Shown: positions 33,901-41,414, counted from the first letter of the stretch. The stretch: 64,000 nucleotides of DNA from Parcubacteria group bacterium (GCA_016176785.1 JACOWN010000004.1:12558-76557); one strand, 5' to 3'. Notes: generated by a model from the letters alone, not told the origin. A program made the numbers and translations.

Positions 33901-34253
33901 GGGGCGACCCGATTTACGGAGCGGTCAAAAACGATCCCCAGCGAGGTAACTATTCGCGTATCTTTAACGGCCGCATGGCGGTGAAGATTTACGGCGACAA
34001 ACACTTCTTCGGAACGGCGGCAACGGACTACGCGCTCTACCATATGAGCGCGTCGGGCACGCATACGGACAGGTACGGCGAATACGGATTCCCTCCGAAC
34101 AATACCGGCGTATCGTTTGTCGGGCTTCCCGTTGACGGCCCCGACAGCGGCCCGATTCTCATCCGTTATCTCCCGTTCGATGTCATCAAGGATTTCGTGG
34201 AAGATAACCCCCGTCCGTTTGACTGGGAAAAATATCTCCAGAATCCCGCGTAA
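30915..34253 (+). CDS. Large hypothetical protein, 1112 aa from a GTG at 30915, or 1091 aa from the ATG at 30978. It has no recognisable domains.
   Basis: Uninterrupted ORF with a balanced, non-repetitive composition; a strong intrinsic terminator immediately downstream; no TM segments or signal peptide evident. Confidence 0.7.
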   Translation: MRIKWRQKTRRPPPFSEYPTDMSNRLYPFDESRLKSLFENFTGEPFRAELEKYIREEILPKIPNPKTGARGNALNPALRAAIEYGRRHGLLKPGHLVMSSALDAWNEEQKKRFRELYESGASYRAIAEDPLLKDAIADFKSRTTAVSNAAERLRCDKAKRRQAKRTTHEAKKIDSVWGLPGFKERVHAIVLSGALVDSGPDALFELLRKEFAETAKTYHLTFSKSAFKKRLYELLWPPDVDKALQEVIRARMDPKKEFCPLFPHIPESMVERRARWHRGVITTSKRSGRAVPGIFRVPARAEFGDLSKFRMPQTSFRKPCEIAFADDKNDWTLMFLNGANIGTQYPADIVGNPVRRALSDAEFRGDRVVFATNILAMELKKAAGPRKVGRALVMGDNINTKIFADEEYRREVEDIIANAPEDEVAYQNAEELLDNLLAGWRKICVKPNKKPEFTRSIFVILGYNEEEIIKTIAYWDVHYWTQLKQNELSAKIKVTSLALAAAERNDDWTRFAENERRLEILQERLNRTRVTNVATQEWQRFYNRARALVVRKIERAIPNAKVIGQGTTLVKIDGEIIEINIPHHDRVTDALLKNYAGNYGPRNLREMLAKTVVICGPWGIQFRGTVREADYDGKRGSAKIFVAPIDVDDAYLREILADTVKSEHPLARAMSNDQFFPGVLRLSRANGVIDADFVPVKALEAHKKYPKPRRQNRDSVRHFSPYAQGTKYIWIEIPSDPHWGGRSKEFVTDKASGKRLGMGEAVFEMQRREGLCVGTAMPVHIVAVCDDPSQGQNFPARTQPHPHELSPQRIEELSLALMKHADRIQDPQEFREILRSMNRFYSYQIETRAADFPHHQMFQMIERQIMPNADIWSAVLRRARHAGLVVRGLSAFPEAREAYALAREDTRDVGILNFGSGNHMEHTVNGEIIEGPFYAFILRLLLGKQDEWHGEEEFLRRMVAAPHYSGKAIGWGRFRVGNGYEYGLEVRDSPPRMSGWGDPIYGAVKNDPQRGNYSRIFNGRMAVKIYGDKHFFGTAATDYALYHMSASGTHTDRYGEYGFPPNNTGVSFVGLPVDGPDSGPILIRYLPFDVIKDFVEDNPRPFDWEKYLQNPA

Positions 34254-34269
34254 TGTTCTTTCCAAAAGC

Positions 34270-34294
34270 AATCCCGCATCCGCGGGATTTTTTA
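34270..34294 (+). terminator. Intrinsic terminator for the large ORF.
   Basis: AATCCCGCATCCGCGGGATTTTTT. Confidence 0.7.
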
Positions 34295-34375
34295 ATTTTA
34301 ATGTTTCTATGCTGGTATTCTTCAGAACATTAGAATGGATGCTGACGCGCATGCCGCCTGCGCAAGCGAGAAACA

Positions 34376-34401
34376 CAAAAAAAAAGCCGCACGAGTGCGG
34401 C
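34376..34401 (-). terminator. Intrinsic terminator on the minus strand for the 34416..34907 gene.
   Basis: On the minus strand: GCCGCACTCGTGCGGCTTTTTTTTT. Confidence 0.65.
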
Positions 34402-34415
34402 TGGGGCGGGAAGGA

Positions 34416-34907
34416 TTACGCGCTCTGCTCGCGCGTCTCAAGGACGCCGCGAACGACCCGTATCTCATACGTCGCGTTTGCTGCGGCGTCGCGAAGCGTC
34501 AGTTTCGTCGGGACATACGCGTCCGACGTCGCGCCGAGCATCCGTTCAATCCACATTGAAATTGTCGCTCCGGTCAAACTGCCGGCAACCGTCCCGCAAG
34601 TATAGGGAATGAAGAGCGACCAGGACATGCCGAAGTGAACGAGGTAGGCAAAGGTCGCAAACCAGATGCCGTTCGAGAACCATGCGGCAACCATATGATA
34701 CGGCATGCTGTTTCTGTTGCGCGCGCGGCTCACCATCGTAAAGCTCACGTTCTGCGCAAACGCAATGAGCATCATATAGGCGTAATTGATCGGATTGCCG
34801 GTCGTCGGCCACACCAAAAGGTCGTTCCCCAAAGCGAGAGAATATGCGAGGCCTGCGGAGAGCATGAAGAAGACGGGGTTAAGAAAGAAGCTTCGCACAT
34901 GCTTCAT
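34416..34907 (-). CDS. Hypothetical integral membrane protein with about 4 TM helices.
   Basis: The start is assigned at MKHVRSFFLNPVFFMLSAGLAY. It has hydrophobic helices and a terminator downstream. Confidence 0.5.
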   Translation of the reverse strand: MKHVRSFFLNPVFFMLSAGLAYSLALGNDLLVWPTTGNPINYAYMMLIAFAQNVSFTMVSRARNRNSMPYHMVAAWFSNGIWFATFAYLVHFGMSWSLFIPYTCGTVAGSLTGATISMWIERMLGATSDAYVPTKLTLRDAAANATYEIRVVRGVLETREQSA

Positions 34908-35089
34908 TGTTCGGCTCCCTGTTCCGTTCTGCCGAGGCGGCATTCCAATTCCTCGCGCGTCATGCGCGCAAGCTCACGGCGGAGGTCGCGGCGCGCGAAG
35001 AGGTCTTCGTGGTCTTGCCCGGGGTGACGTGCGTCAAGAATTTCCTCGATCAGCCGATTGCGGTCTGATTCTTCAACGCAGTTGCCCAT
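34904..35089 (-). CDS. Hypothetical small acidic protein, 61 aa, translationally coupled (ATGA overlap) to the membrane protein.
   Basis: ORF 34904..35089. Only the coupling and position support it. Confidence 0.3.
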   Translation of the reverse strand: MGNCVEESDRNRLIEEILDARHPGQDHEDLFARRDLRRELARMTREELECRLGRTEQGAEQ

Positions 35090-35186
35090 CAGAACACTCC
35101 TCTTTGTCTGCGTTAAAAGGTACCACGCCGTTGAAATGCGTCAAACGGCGGTGCAAAAGACATAAGGCGGGTTTGCTTGCTTTGCG

Positions 35187-35210
35187 CATTTTTATGACCC
35201 CACCGGGATT
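35187..35210. repeat. Direct repeat of the tRNA-Glu 3' end (CATTTTTATGACCCCACCGGGATT), a putative att-site remnant.
   Basis: It matches 35395..35425 (CATTTTTATACCGATGACCCCACCGGGATT) apart from a 6-nt indel, and is 184 bp from the tRNA 3' end. Confidence 0.6.
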
Positions 35211-35409
35211 GGGGGTCAAGTTTCTAAGCTCAAACTTCGCGCTTCGCGCTCGTCTTCGCTAAGAACTTCCTCCCCGAGCTCGCCCCCTTCGACTCGCTTC
35301 GCTCGCTCAGGATGGCTCCGCTTTTCGAATCCCGGACGCGAGTGAAGCAGTTCACTCGCTTGGGCTCACCGAATAAAAATGACATTCTTAATGTTCATTT
35401 TTATACCGA

Positions 35410-35484
35410 TGACCCCACCGGGATTCGAACCCGGGTTCCAGCGTTGAGAACGCTGTGTCCTAGACCAGGCTAGACGATAGGGCC
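35410..35484 (-). tRNA. tRNA-Glu, anticodon CUC.
   Basis: Manual fold of GGCCCTATCGTCTAGCCTGGTCTAGGACACAGCGTTCTCAACGCTGGAACCCGGGTTCGAATCCCGGTGGGGTCA: 7-bp acceptor stem, a D-arm, anticodon stem CAGCG/CGCTG with loop TTCTCAA, and a T-arm CCGGG-TTCGAAT-CCCGG. CCA is not encoded. Confidence 0.85.
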
Positions 35485-35559
35485 GCAAGGGAAAGGATAC
35501 CATCCAGCATCGCAAAAATCGACCCCCGCGGAACGGGGGCGCTTATGAACGCATGCTTC

Positions 35560-35775
35560 TTAGCGCCGGCCGGACGACCTGCCGATGAACCCTCCGAGCC
35601 GGAGGCCGAAGTAAAGGAAACTGCCAGAGACGATGAGCGCCGCCCACGACATCCACAGAGGGACATCAAAACCGCCGATGACGGCCGGCCACTCATTGGT
35701 CACGCGGAAAGCGTGAAGAACAAAAACGGCCAGAAAGATAAGCGACGTTGCGAGATAATAATCCTGCTGTTTCAT
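35560..35775 (-). CDS. Hypothetical small membrane protein, 71 aa.
   Basis: The start is at MKQQDYYLATSLIFLAVFVL. It has two hydrophobic helices and is upstream of, and same-strand as, the MgtC-family gene. Confidence 0.35.
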   Translation of the reverse strand: MKQQDYYLATSLIFLAVFVLHAFRVTNEWPAVIGGFDVPLWMSWAALIVSGSFLYFGLRLGGFIGRSSGRR

Positions 35776-35815
35776 TAAAAATAAAAAATAATGCTGGTAA
35801 ATCGACCGCGGTTCG

Positions 35816-36289
35816 TTAGTTTGCGTCGTCCCAGTTGCCGGATATTTTTTTAATACCGTACTCGGCAAACCAGACGACGGTAAAAATGAAAAGCGCGATA
35901 AGGGTCGTCGCGACCGCAAGAAGATACAGGCCGAAGCCCGAGGCAATGCCGATGCCCGCGGCAACCCACAGTCCCGCAGCCGTGGTAACGCCCTGGACGG
36001 CATGCGCGTTTTTGACGATCAAGATCCCCGCCCCCAAGAAGCCGATGCCGGTTACCACATGTGCGGCGACGCGGAGCGGGTCAAAATTCGTTACACCGAT
36101 AAATTGGCGGGTTACGATCTCGGAGATGACGATAAAAAGCGCCGCGCCCAAACTGACGAGCGCGAACGTCCGCATACCCGCCGTTTTGTGCGCGATCACC
36201 CGCTCGGTGCCGAGAAGCAACCCCAAGACGGTGGCGACGATAAGCCGAGCCAAAACATCTTCGGTCCCCGGATCAAAAAATCCGAACAT
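35816..36289 (-). CDS. MgtC/SapB family membrane protein.
   Basis: 157 aa with …RTFALVSLGAALF… and …GIGFLGAGIL…, typical of the MgtC N-domain. Confidence 0.8.
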   Translation of the reverse strand: MFGFFDPGTEDVLARLIVATVLGLLLGTERVIAHKTAGMRTFALVSLGAALFIVISEIVTRQFIGVTNFDPLRVAAHVVTGIGFLGAGILIVKNAHAVQGVTTAAGLWVAAGIGIASGFGLYLLAVATTLIALFIFTVVWFAEYGIKKISGNWDDAN

Positions 36290-36360
36290 GCTTTAAGTAT
36301 ATCAGAAGCAGACGCCGCGGCGCTTGCTGTTTGTCCACAGCTTTCGCCAATTTCAAGATT

Positions 36361-37197
36361 TTAAAAAAGGGTGCTTTTCCGTTTTGTGTTTTTGGACGAA
36401 GATGCGGGCGCGCGTTTTCCCGGAGCGCTCTGCCGTTTCTTGGCGCCGATAATGACGTCGCCCGAGGCGGCGCGATATGCGCAGTAGTCGCACGCGGGAG
36501 CGGCGGCCGGAACGTTATCCGACATGAGGCACGCTCGCGCATCTTCAAGCGCTTTCACGACCCACGCGTCAGAGCCGGCATACGGAATGACCGAGACATC
36601 AAACTCAAGTTTGCCGTCAAATGCGGATTTGTCGCGCCCGGCGTTCGCATACACGAAATAGCCGGTGTCGGACACGGGGAACCCGTTGCGGCGGAAGAGC
36701 CACTGGTACACCTCCATCTGCCGTTTGTAGCCGTCCTGCCATTCGGCATCAAGCGTCACCTCGCTCGCTTTGCTGGTTGATTTGTAATCAACGATATGGA
36801 GTTCCCCTTTGGGGTTCACCCACACGTCGTCAATCGCGCCGTATACACGGAAACCGGTCGGCTCGTGGTGATAAAAAATGCCCGTGAAAGGGTCGCGCCA
36901 TGTTTCAATTTTTTCATGGGCGAGCGGCACCGCGTTAATGTCGTACGCGCTCATCAAGGGATGCGGGTTGCCCGCGGCGCGATGGATGTCAAACTCTTTT
37001 TTGAGGAGTGCGTCAACCGCGCTGTTTAAATTGAACGGGAACCCCGGCGGCCTCCCGACGCCGAGCCGGCGGTCAAGATAAAAACAGCGGGGACATTCAA
37101 GAAAAAGGTCAATTTTTGAACGGCTCAATTTAAAGGGCTCCGTACTCCGAGGGTCAAAGAGACCGCGCGTTCGCTTCGCCGTGTAATATTTGGACAT
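36361..37197 (-). CDS. PD-(D/E)XK nuclease superfamily protein, Cas4/RecB-like, with an Fe-S cysteine cluster.
   Basis: N-terminal CPRCFYLD, an IVDYKST nuclease motif, and C-terminal CDYCAY. The start is at MSKYYTAK. Confidence 0.75.
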   Translation of the reverse strand: MSKYYTAKRTRGLFDPRSTEPFKLSRSKIDLFLECPRCFYLDRRLGVGRPPGFPFNLNSAVDALLKKEFDIHRAAGNPHPLMSAYDINAVPLAHEKIETWRDPFTGIFYHHEPTGFRVYGAIDDVWVNPKGELHIVDYKSTSKASEVTLDAEWQDGYKRQMEVYQWLFRRNGFPVSDTGYFVYANAGRDKSAFDGKLEFDVSVIPYAGSDAWVVKALEDARACLMSDNVPAAAPACDYCAYRAASGDVIIGAKKRQSAPGKRAPASSSKNTKRKSTLF

Positions 37198-37290
37198 GGG
37201 ATGATTATAGCACGATTTTTTTAAACTTGACAATCAAAAAGTTATATAGTATTACATAGATGTATCGTCGGGTGCAATTAGGAGGAAAAA

Positions 37291-37557
37291 ATGCACCAGA
37301 ACCAGAAGAAGGATACCACCGAAAAGAAGCGGAACAAGGCGGCGAGGCGCGCCGAAGCCGGCGCGAGGCGCGCTGCGGAGCGCGCCGGGATGCGGTTCGC
37401 GCCAAGTCCCCGTTCCACCCCGCCCAAGGGCGGGAACTACGGGAAGAACGGCGAATCGCGCCACCTTGCGAAGGTGGCGCGGCGCTCGCGCCGCGCGCGC
37501 GGCGAAGAGCCCAAGCCCAAGTTCCGGGGCATGGGCGCCTTCGTCTCTTCCCGCTAA
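37291..37557 (+). CDS. Hypothetical small basic (Arg/Lys-rich) protein, 88 aa.
   Basis: Strong SD (AGGAGG, then 7 nt, then ATG) and an upstream TTGACA -35-like element at 37228. It is the first gene of a two-ORF unit that ends at the terminator at 37794. Confidence 0.45.
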   Translation: MHQNQKKDTTEKKRNKAARRAEAGARRAAERAGMRFAPSPRSTPPKGGNYGKNGESRHLAKVARRSRRARGEEPKPKFRGMGAFVSSR

Positions 37558-37572
37558 CGGGAGGAGATGAAC

Positions 37573-37736
37573 ATGACCCCCAAGTCGACTCCGCAGCCGC
37601 CCGCAACCCCCTCCAAGAAGTCCGAGGGGGACGCCGTGACGAAGCGGCGCATCATGCAGAGCCGCGAGCGCCGCTTCAAGATCGCCGCCGCAGCCGTGGC
37701 TGCGGCGGCGGGCGCGGTCGCGTTCGCCAAGGCGTA
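37573..37736 (+). CDS. Hypothetical small protein, 54 aa, with a Pro/Lys-rich N-terminus and an Ala-rich hydrophobic tail.
   Basis: Strong SD GGGAGGAG 7 nt upstream of the ATG. It is absent from the ORF track, probably because it is under 60 aa. Confidence 0.35.
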
Positions 37737-37793
37737 ACGCGACCGCACGCACTTTCCCAAATCCCAAACAAAAAAGAAAAAACAAAAACCTAC

Positions 37794-37824
37794 AAGGCAG
37801 CTCTCCGAGCTGCCTTCATCATTT
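37794..37824 (+). terminator. Intrinsic terminator after the two small ORFs.
   Basis: AAGGCAGCTCTCCGAGCTGCCTT followed by CATCATTTT. Confidence 0.55.
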
Positions 37825-37846
37825 TAAGAGCGCCACTCCGGAGCGG

Positions 37847-38434
37847 TCATTTCCGCATGTACTGCCCCATGAGTTCCGCGCTTTGAAGCACGTGCCCGAC
37901 CATTGCCTCCTCAAGCTCTTCTTTGCCGCCGGTCGGAGGAAGCAAGAGCTCCGTGTCAAGCGCATATATCTTGAAGAAATAGCGATGCTCGCCTCGCCCG
38001 GGGCACGGGCCGCCGTATTTTTGTTTTCCGAAATCAGTCATGCCTTCCACCACCCCTTCCGGAACGCTCCCCTCCGCAATTCCAGTAACCGTCGGCGGGA
38101 TATTCCACACCACCCAATGGACAAAAAGCCCTGACGGCGCATCGGGGTCGTCAACAATGAGCGCAAGCGTTTTCGCATCGGCTGGAATATCCGAAAAGGC
38201 AAGCGGCGGGTTGATGTCGCCGCCGTCGCATGAATAGAGTGCGGGGATCGCTTCTCCGTTTTCAAATGCCGTGCTTGAGATTTTCATGAGTAGAGCGGGG
38301 GGCAAAGACGGTGACTCTGATGCACCCGCCGCTCCGCCTGACCGCATATTGTTTATTGTAACAAAAACAAGAGCAACAAAAAACAATGCGAGAAACGAGA
38401 GCGTGAAAAATGTCCGAGGCCGCATGATACTCAA
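37847..38434 (-). CDS. YbhB/YbcL (PEBP/RKIP) family protein with a signal peptide.
   Basis: Signature GGPCPGRGEHRYFFKIYALD, …DDPDAP…HWV…, and an N-terminal hydrophobic signal. Confidence 0.85.
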   Translation of the reverse strand: MSIMRPRTFFTLSFLALFFVALVFVTINNMRSGGAAGASESPSLPPALLMKISSTAFENGEAIPALYSCDGGDINPPLAFSDIPADAKTLALIVDDPDAPSGLFVHWVVWNIPPTVTGIAEGSVPEGVVEGMTDFGKQKYGGPCPGRGEHRYFFKIYALDTELLLPPTGGKEELEEAMVGHVLQSAELMGQYMRK

Positions 38435-38458
38435 CGCAAAAGACGAGCACGCTTCCCC

Positions 38459-38740
38459 TTAGGGGTATGCCAGCGGGGTGACCGCGCCCTCGGCTTCAAG
38501 AAGGCGTCGTTTCTTCGCCGCGCCGCGGTTATAACCGCCCGTCGCACCGTCGGAGCGGATGACGCGGTGGCATGGTATCGCGGAGTTCCTGTTTTGCGCG
38601 AGAACATTTCCCGCGGCACGGTATGCGCGCGCCGCGCCGGCGCGGCGCGCGACTTCTTTATAGGTCAATACTTCTCCGCACGGAATACGCCTCACGACTT
38701 TCAAAACTTTCTCCGCAAACGTCGCTCCGCCGTTTTTCAT
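38459..38740 (-). CDS. Methylated-DNA-protein-cysteine methyltransferase (MGMT/Ogt) DNA-binding domain protein.
   Basis: IPCHRVI active-site motif (PCHR). It is short, about 93 aa, from the start at MKNGGATF. Confidence 0.8.
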   Translation of the reverse strand: MKNGGATFAEKVLKVVRRIPCGEVLTYKEVARRAGAARAYRAAGNVLAQNRNSAIPCHRVIRSDGATGGYNRGAAKKRRLLEAEGAVTPLAYP

Positions 38741-38798
38741 GATTGTACGGTAACAAAAGAACTTCTTTAAAAGAAGTCTTTTGTTTTTGAGTGGGCCA

Positions 38799-40973
38799 CT
38801 AGCGGACAATAAGGCCGTTCAACACATTGAACACCGCGCCGAAAAATACTGTCGGATTCAATGACTGCGGTGCGGGAGCCGGTTCTGACGGAGGAGGCGG
38901 CAGCGGAGAAAAGTCAGTCGGAGGCGGCGGCTCGCTCGGAGCGATAAAGTTTTGAGGCGGGAGCGGCTCGGCGGTCGGGAAAGGCATCGTTTGCGGAACG
39001 GCCCCTTCTTCTCGCGGAGGAGGGGGCATAAATCCCCCCTCGGGAGGCATCACAGGAAAACCGTTCTCACCCTCGGAAAATCCTTCGGGACGCATCGGCA
39101 TTGCCTGCGGAATGAACCGCTCCATCTCGTCCGGTCTCTTCATTTCTGTATCCCCCCGTTCGCCTTCCCGCATTTCACGCGGCATACCGCCGTCGGGAGA
39201 TTGGAACGGAATGCGGTCCCCCTCTTCCTTTGGGCGGTTAAAGAATCCCGGGAACCCTCGGGGAGGAACCGAAGAGCCGTCTTGCGGCATCATTCCCTCT
39301 TGCGGCATTGCGCGCGGAAGCGGCGGCCGCATTTCGCGTCCTTCACCCGGCGGAAATCCTTGCGGTGGGCCGGATTCTCCTTCCTTAAACTCTCCGAAAA
39401 ATTGTTCGTCGCGACGAGGCATTTCACCGCGCTCAAACTGCGCGCGTATCTGGTTGAACTTGTCAAACCGTTCTTGGAACTCCGGCGGGACATCTCCCGG
39501 AACGCCGCCCGGACCGAAACCGGGAGGAGAACCGAAACCGGGAGGCGGGCCAAACCCCGCGGGCCCTCTTCCGCGCGGCTCAAACCTCTCAACTTCCACA
39601 AACCGCTGAAGTTCTTTTTTCGCTTCGTTCGGATTAAGGAATCCTTCGTTGACGGCAAATGCCGTGCATTCTTCAAAATGCGACGGGTCGGAACAGTACT
39701 TTCGGCACTCGCCTTCCCCGCGGCAGCCGCCGGGGCCGCCTTGCTCCTGAACTTTTTTGTCAAGGGATTTGAATTTTTCGATCCGCGCGAGCTCCTTGGG
39801 CGGCAGGAGGCCGTTTGTTTTTGCAAACTCAAAACATTCATCGCGGTGCGCGGGGTCGCCGCAGTACTGCTCACACTCCCTGCCGCGGCAGCCGCCGGGA
39901 CCGCCCGCCTGCGATGCGGCAAGAAACTTTCGCGCTTGCGCCGCTTCGTCCGGCTTCATCAAACCGTTCTGTTCGGCGAACGCAAGACACTCTTCTTCGT
40001 GACCGGGTGTTTCGCAATAATCGCGGCATTCTTGCCCGCGGCAGCCGCCGGGGCCTTCAACGTCAAGCAACCGCTCAAATTTCTCCGCATCCGCCCTGTC
40101 CTCAAACAGGTCGTGTTCTTTTGCGAACGCGAGGCAGGTTTTCCCGTTTGCCGGATTTGAACAGAACTGGTCGCACTCTTCAAATCCTTGGCAACCGCCC
40201 GGACCGCCTCCCGCCTCCTCCAAAACTCGTTGGGCCTTTTCAACGTCAATCCGCGGTCCGGGTGGGCCACCGCCCGGACGAGGCGTGCCGCGGCCAGGGG
40301 CCCCGGGAAATTCGCCGCGAAGGAACTTTTTCGCTTCTTCCGCTTCATCAGAACTCATCTGCCCTTCGGCGACCGCAAAGTCAATGCACTCCACTTGGTG
40401 CGTTGAACAGTATGAGTTGCACTCCGCAGCGCTTCGGCATCCGCCCGGGCCGCCGCGTTTTGCTCGCGCCGCTTCCTCGGAACTTATCTGCCCTTCGGCG
40501 ACCGCAAAGTCAATGCAGGTGTTTGAATTGGCCGGTTCATTGCAGAATGCGTTGCATTGTTCCGGCGTTCGGCAGCCGCCCGGGCCGCCGCGCCGCGCGC
40601 GCGCCGCCTCCCCGGGACTTATATGGCCATTCGCTTCGGCAAAACCGATGCACTCGTCAAAATTTGACGGCGTATCGCAATACGAACGGCATTCGTTTTC
40701 ACCGCGGCATCCGCCGGGGCCGCCTTCATCGGGAACCGGAGCGGGACCGCCAACGTCAAACCCGCGGCCTCTCGCCCATTCAACGCACCGGCTCGTATTG
40801 GCGGCATCATCGCAATACTCCGCACACTCATCAAGCGAGCCGCAATTTCCGAGTTCGGCGACGGGAAACTCAATATCAAAAGGGTTGATCTGCGCGCGCG
40901 CGTCCTCGCCTGAAAACGCAAAAACACCGACAAACGCCGCGAAAAGAATGAGGGGGTAAATAAAGTATTTCAT
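38799..40973 (-). CDS. Secreted tandem-repeat protein: a signal peptide, eight ~45-aa cysteine-rich repeats, and a C-terminal Pro/Gly/Glu/Met-rich low-complexity region.
   Basis: Start at MKYFIYPLILFAAFVGVFAFSG (signal peptide). The repeat consensus is GGPGGCRG.xEC..YC..P.....C..FA...G.....EA..A, with 4 Cys per repeat. The last ~250 aa are PGFGPPPGF/MPP-rich, ending in a hydrophobic TVFFGAVFNVLNGLIVR. Confidence 0.75.
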   Translation of the reverse strand: MKYFIYPLILFAAFVGVFAFSGEDARAQINPFDIEFPVAELGNCGSLDECAEYCDDAANTSRCVEWARGRGFDVGGPAPVPDEGGPGGCRGENECRSYCDTPSNFDECIGFAEANGHISPGEAARARRGGPGGCRTPEQCNAFCNEPANSNTCIDFAVAEGQISSEEAARAKRGGPGGCRSAAECNSYCSTHQVECIDFAVAEGQMSSDEAEEAKKFLRGEFPGAPGRGTPRPGGGPPGPRIDVEKAQRVLEEAGGGPGGCQGFEECDQFCSNPANGKTCLAFAKEHDLFEDRADAEKFERLLDVEGPGGCRGQECRDYCETPGHEEECLAFAEQNGLMKPDEAAQARKFLAASQAGGPGGCRGRECEQYCGDPAHRDECFEFAKTNGLLPPKELARIEKFKSLDKKVQEQGGPGGCRGEGECRKYCSDPSHFEECTAFAVNEGFLNPNEAKKELQRFVEVERFEPRGRGPAGFGPPPGFGSPPGFGPGGVPGDVPPEFQERFDKFNQIRAQFERGEMPRRDEQFFGEFKEGESGPPQGFPPGEGREMRPPLPRAMPQEGMMPQDGSSVPPRGFPGFFNRPKEEGDRIPFQSPDGGMPREMREGERGDTEMKRPDEMERFIPQAMPMRPEGFSEGENGFPVMPPEGGFMPPPPREEGAVPQTMPFPTAEPLPPQNFIAPSEPPPPTDFSPLPPPPSEPAPAPQSLNPTVFFGAVFNVLNGLIVR

Positions 40974-40983
40974 GGAGAGAATC

Positions 40984-41241
40984 CTATCTGAAAGGATTAA
41001 CGGCGCCGCCGCTCTCAAACGGGTTTGTGTACGCTCCGCCCACCGGATTGGCCGCCGTCTCAAACGGATTCGCCTTCTGCGCAATTTCCGCCTGCGCCGC
41101 CTCCTTTTGCGCCGCGAGAAGGTCGCTTTGGCCTTTTGAGTAGCCGAAATAGTAACCGCCGCCGAGACCGATAACGATCGCGACCGCCACGATGACCCAC
41201 ATATTGATTGCTCCTTCTTCGTATTCGTGGTTCATAGACAC
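40984..41241 (-). CDS. Hypothetical small membrane protein, 85 aa, immediately upstream of the Cys-repeat gene.
   Basis: One TM helix (WVIVAVAIVIGLGGGYYFGY), then three N-P-F motifs (ANPFET, TNPFES, VNPF). It sits 8 nt upstream of the next ATG. Confidence 0.5.
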   Translation of the reverse strand: MSMNHEYEEGAINMWVIVAVAIVIGLGGGYYFGYSKGQSDLLAAQKEAAQAEIAQKANPFETAANPVGGAYTNPFESGGAVNPFR

Positions 41242-41356
41242 AAGGACGATCTGCGGCCCGCAGATCGCGTTATGATTATGACTGATAAATAAATGACGAA
41301 TTCTCTTTTAGTGTATCACGCTCAACACAAAGATGCTTACCGCTCAAGGGGCGCAC

Positions 41357-41402
41357 TTTTCCACACCCCCGAAAAGGACGGTCCTTTTGGGGTTTATCCA
41401 CA
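41357..41402. repeat. Composite repeat, copy d: TTTTCCACA, then the palindrome AAAAGGACGGTCCTTTT, then TTTATCCACACG.
   Basis: It lies downstream of mnmA in the gap 41242..41414. Confidence 0.85.
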
Positions 41403-41414
41403 CGTTATCAACAA

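Noticed and set aside
35460-35696. A 78-aa ORF overlapping the tRNA-Glu gene.
   Set aside because: It overlaps a well-folded tRNA on the same strand and has low-complexity Ser/Ala-rich translation.
37205-37785. Two long minus-strand ORFs (133 and 177 aa) overlapping the small plus-strand ORFs.
   Set aside because: They are extremely Arg/Ala/Gly-rich, which is typical of antisense frames in GC-rich DNA. The plus-strand ORFs have strong SD sequences and a downstream terminator, and the minus ORFs have neither.
38952-40888. Long plus-strand ORFs (402 and 357 aa) antisense to the Cys-repeat gene.
   Set aside because: These are shadow frames of the repetitive GC-rich gene. The minus-strand product has a signal peptide and a regular Cys-repeat structure, and the plus-frame products are Arg/Pro-rich low-complexity strings.
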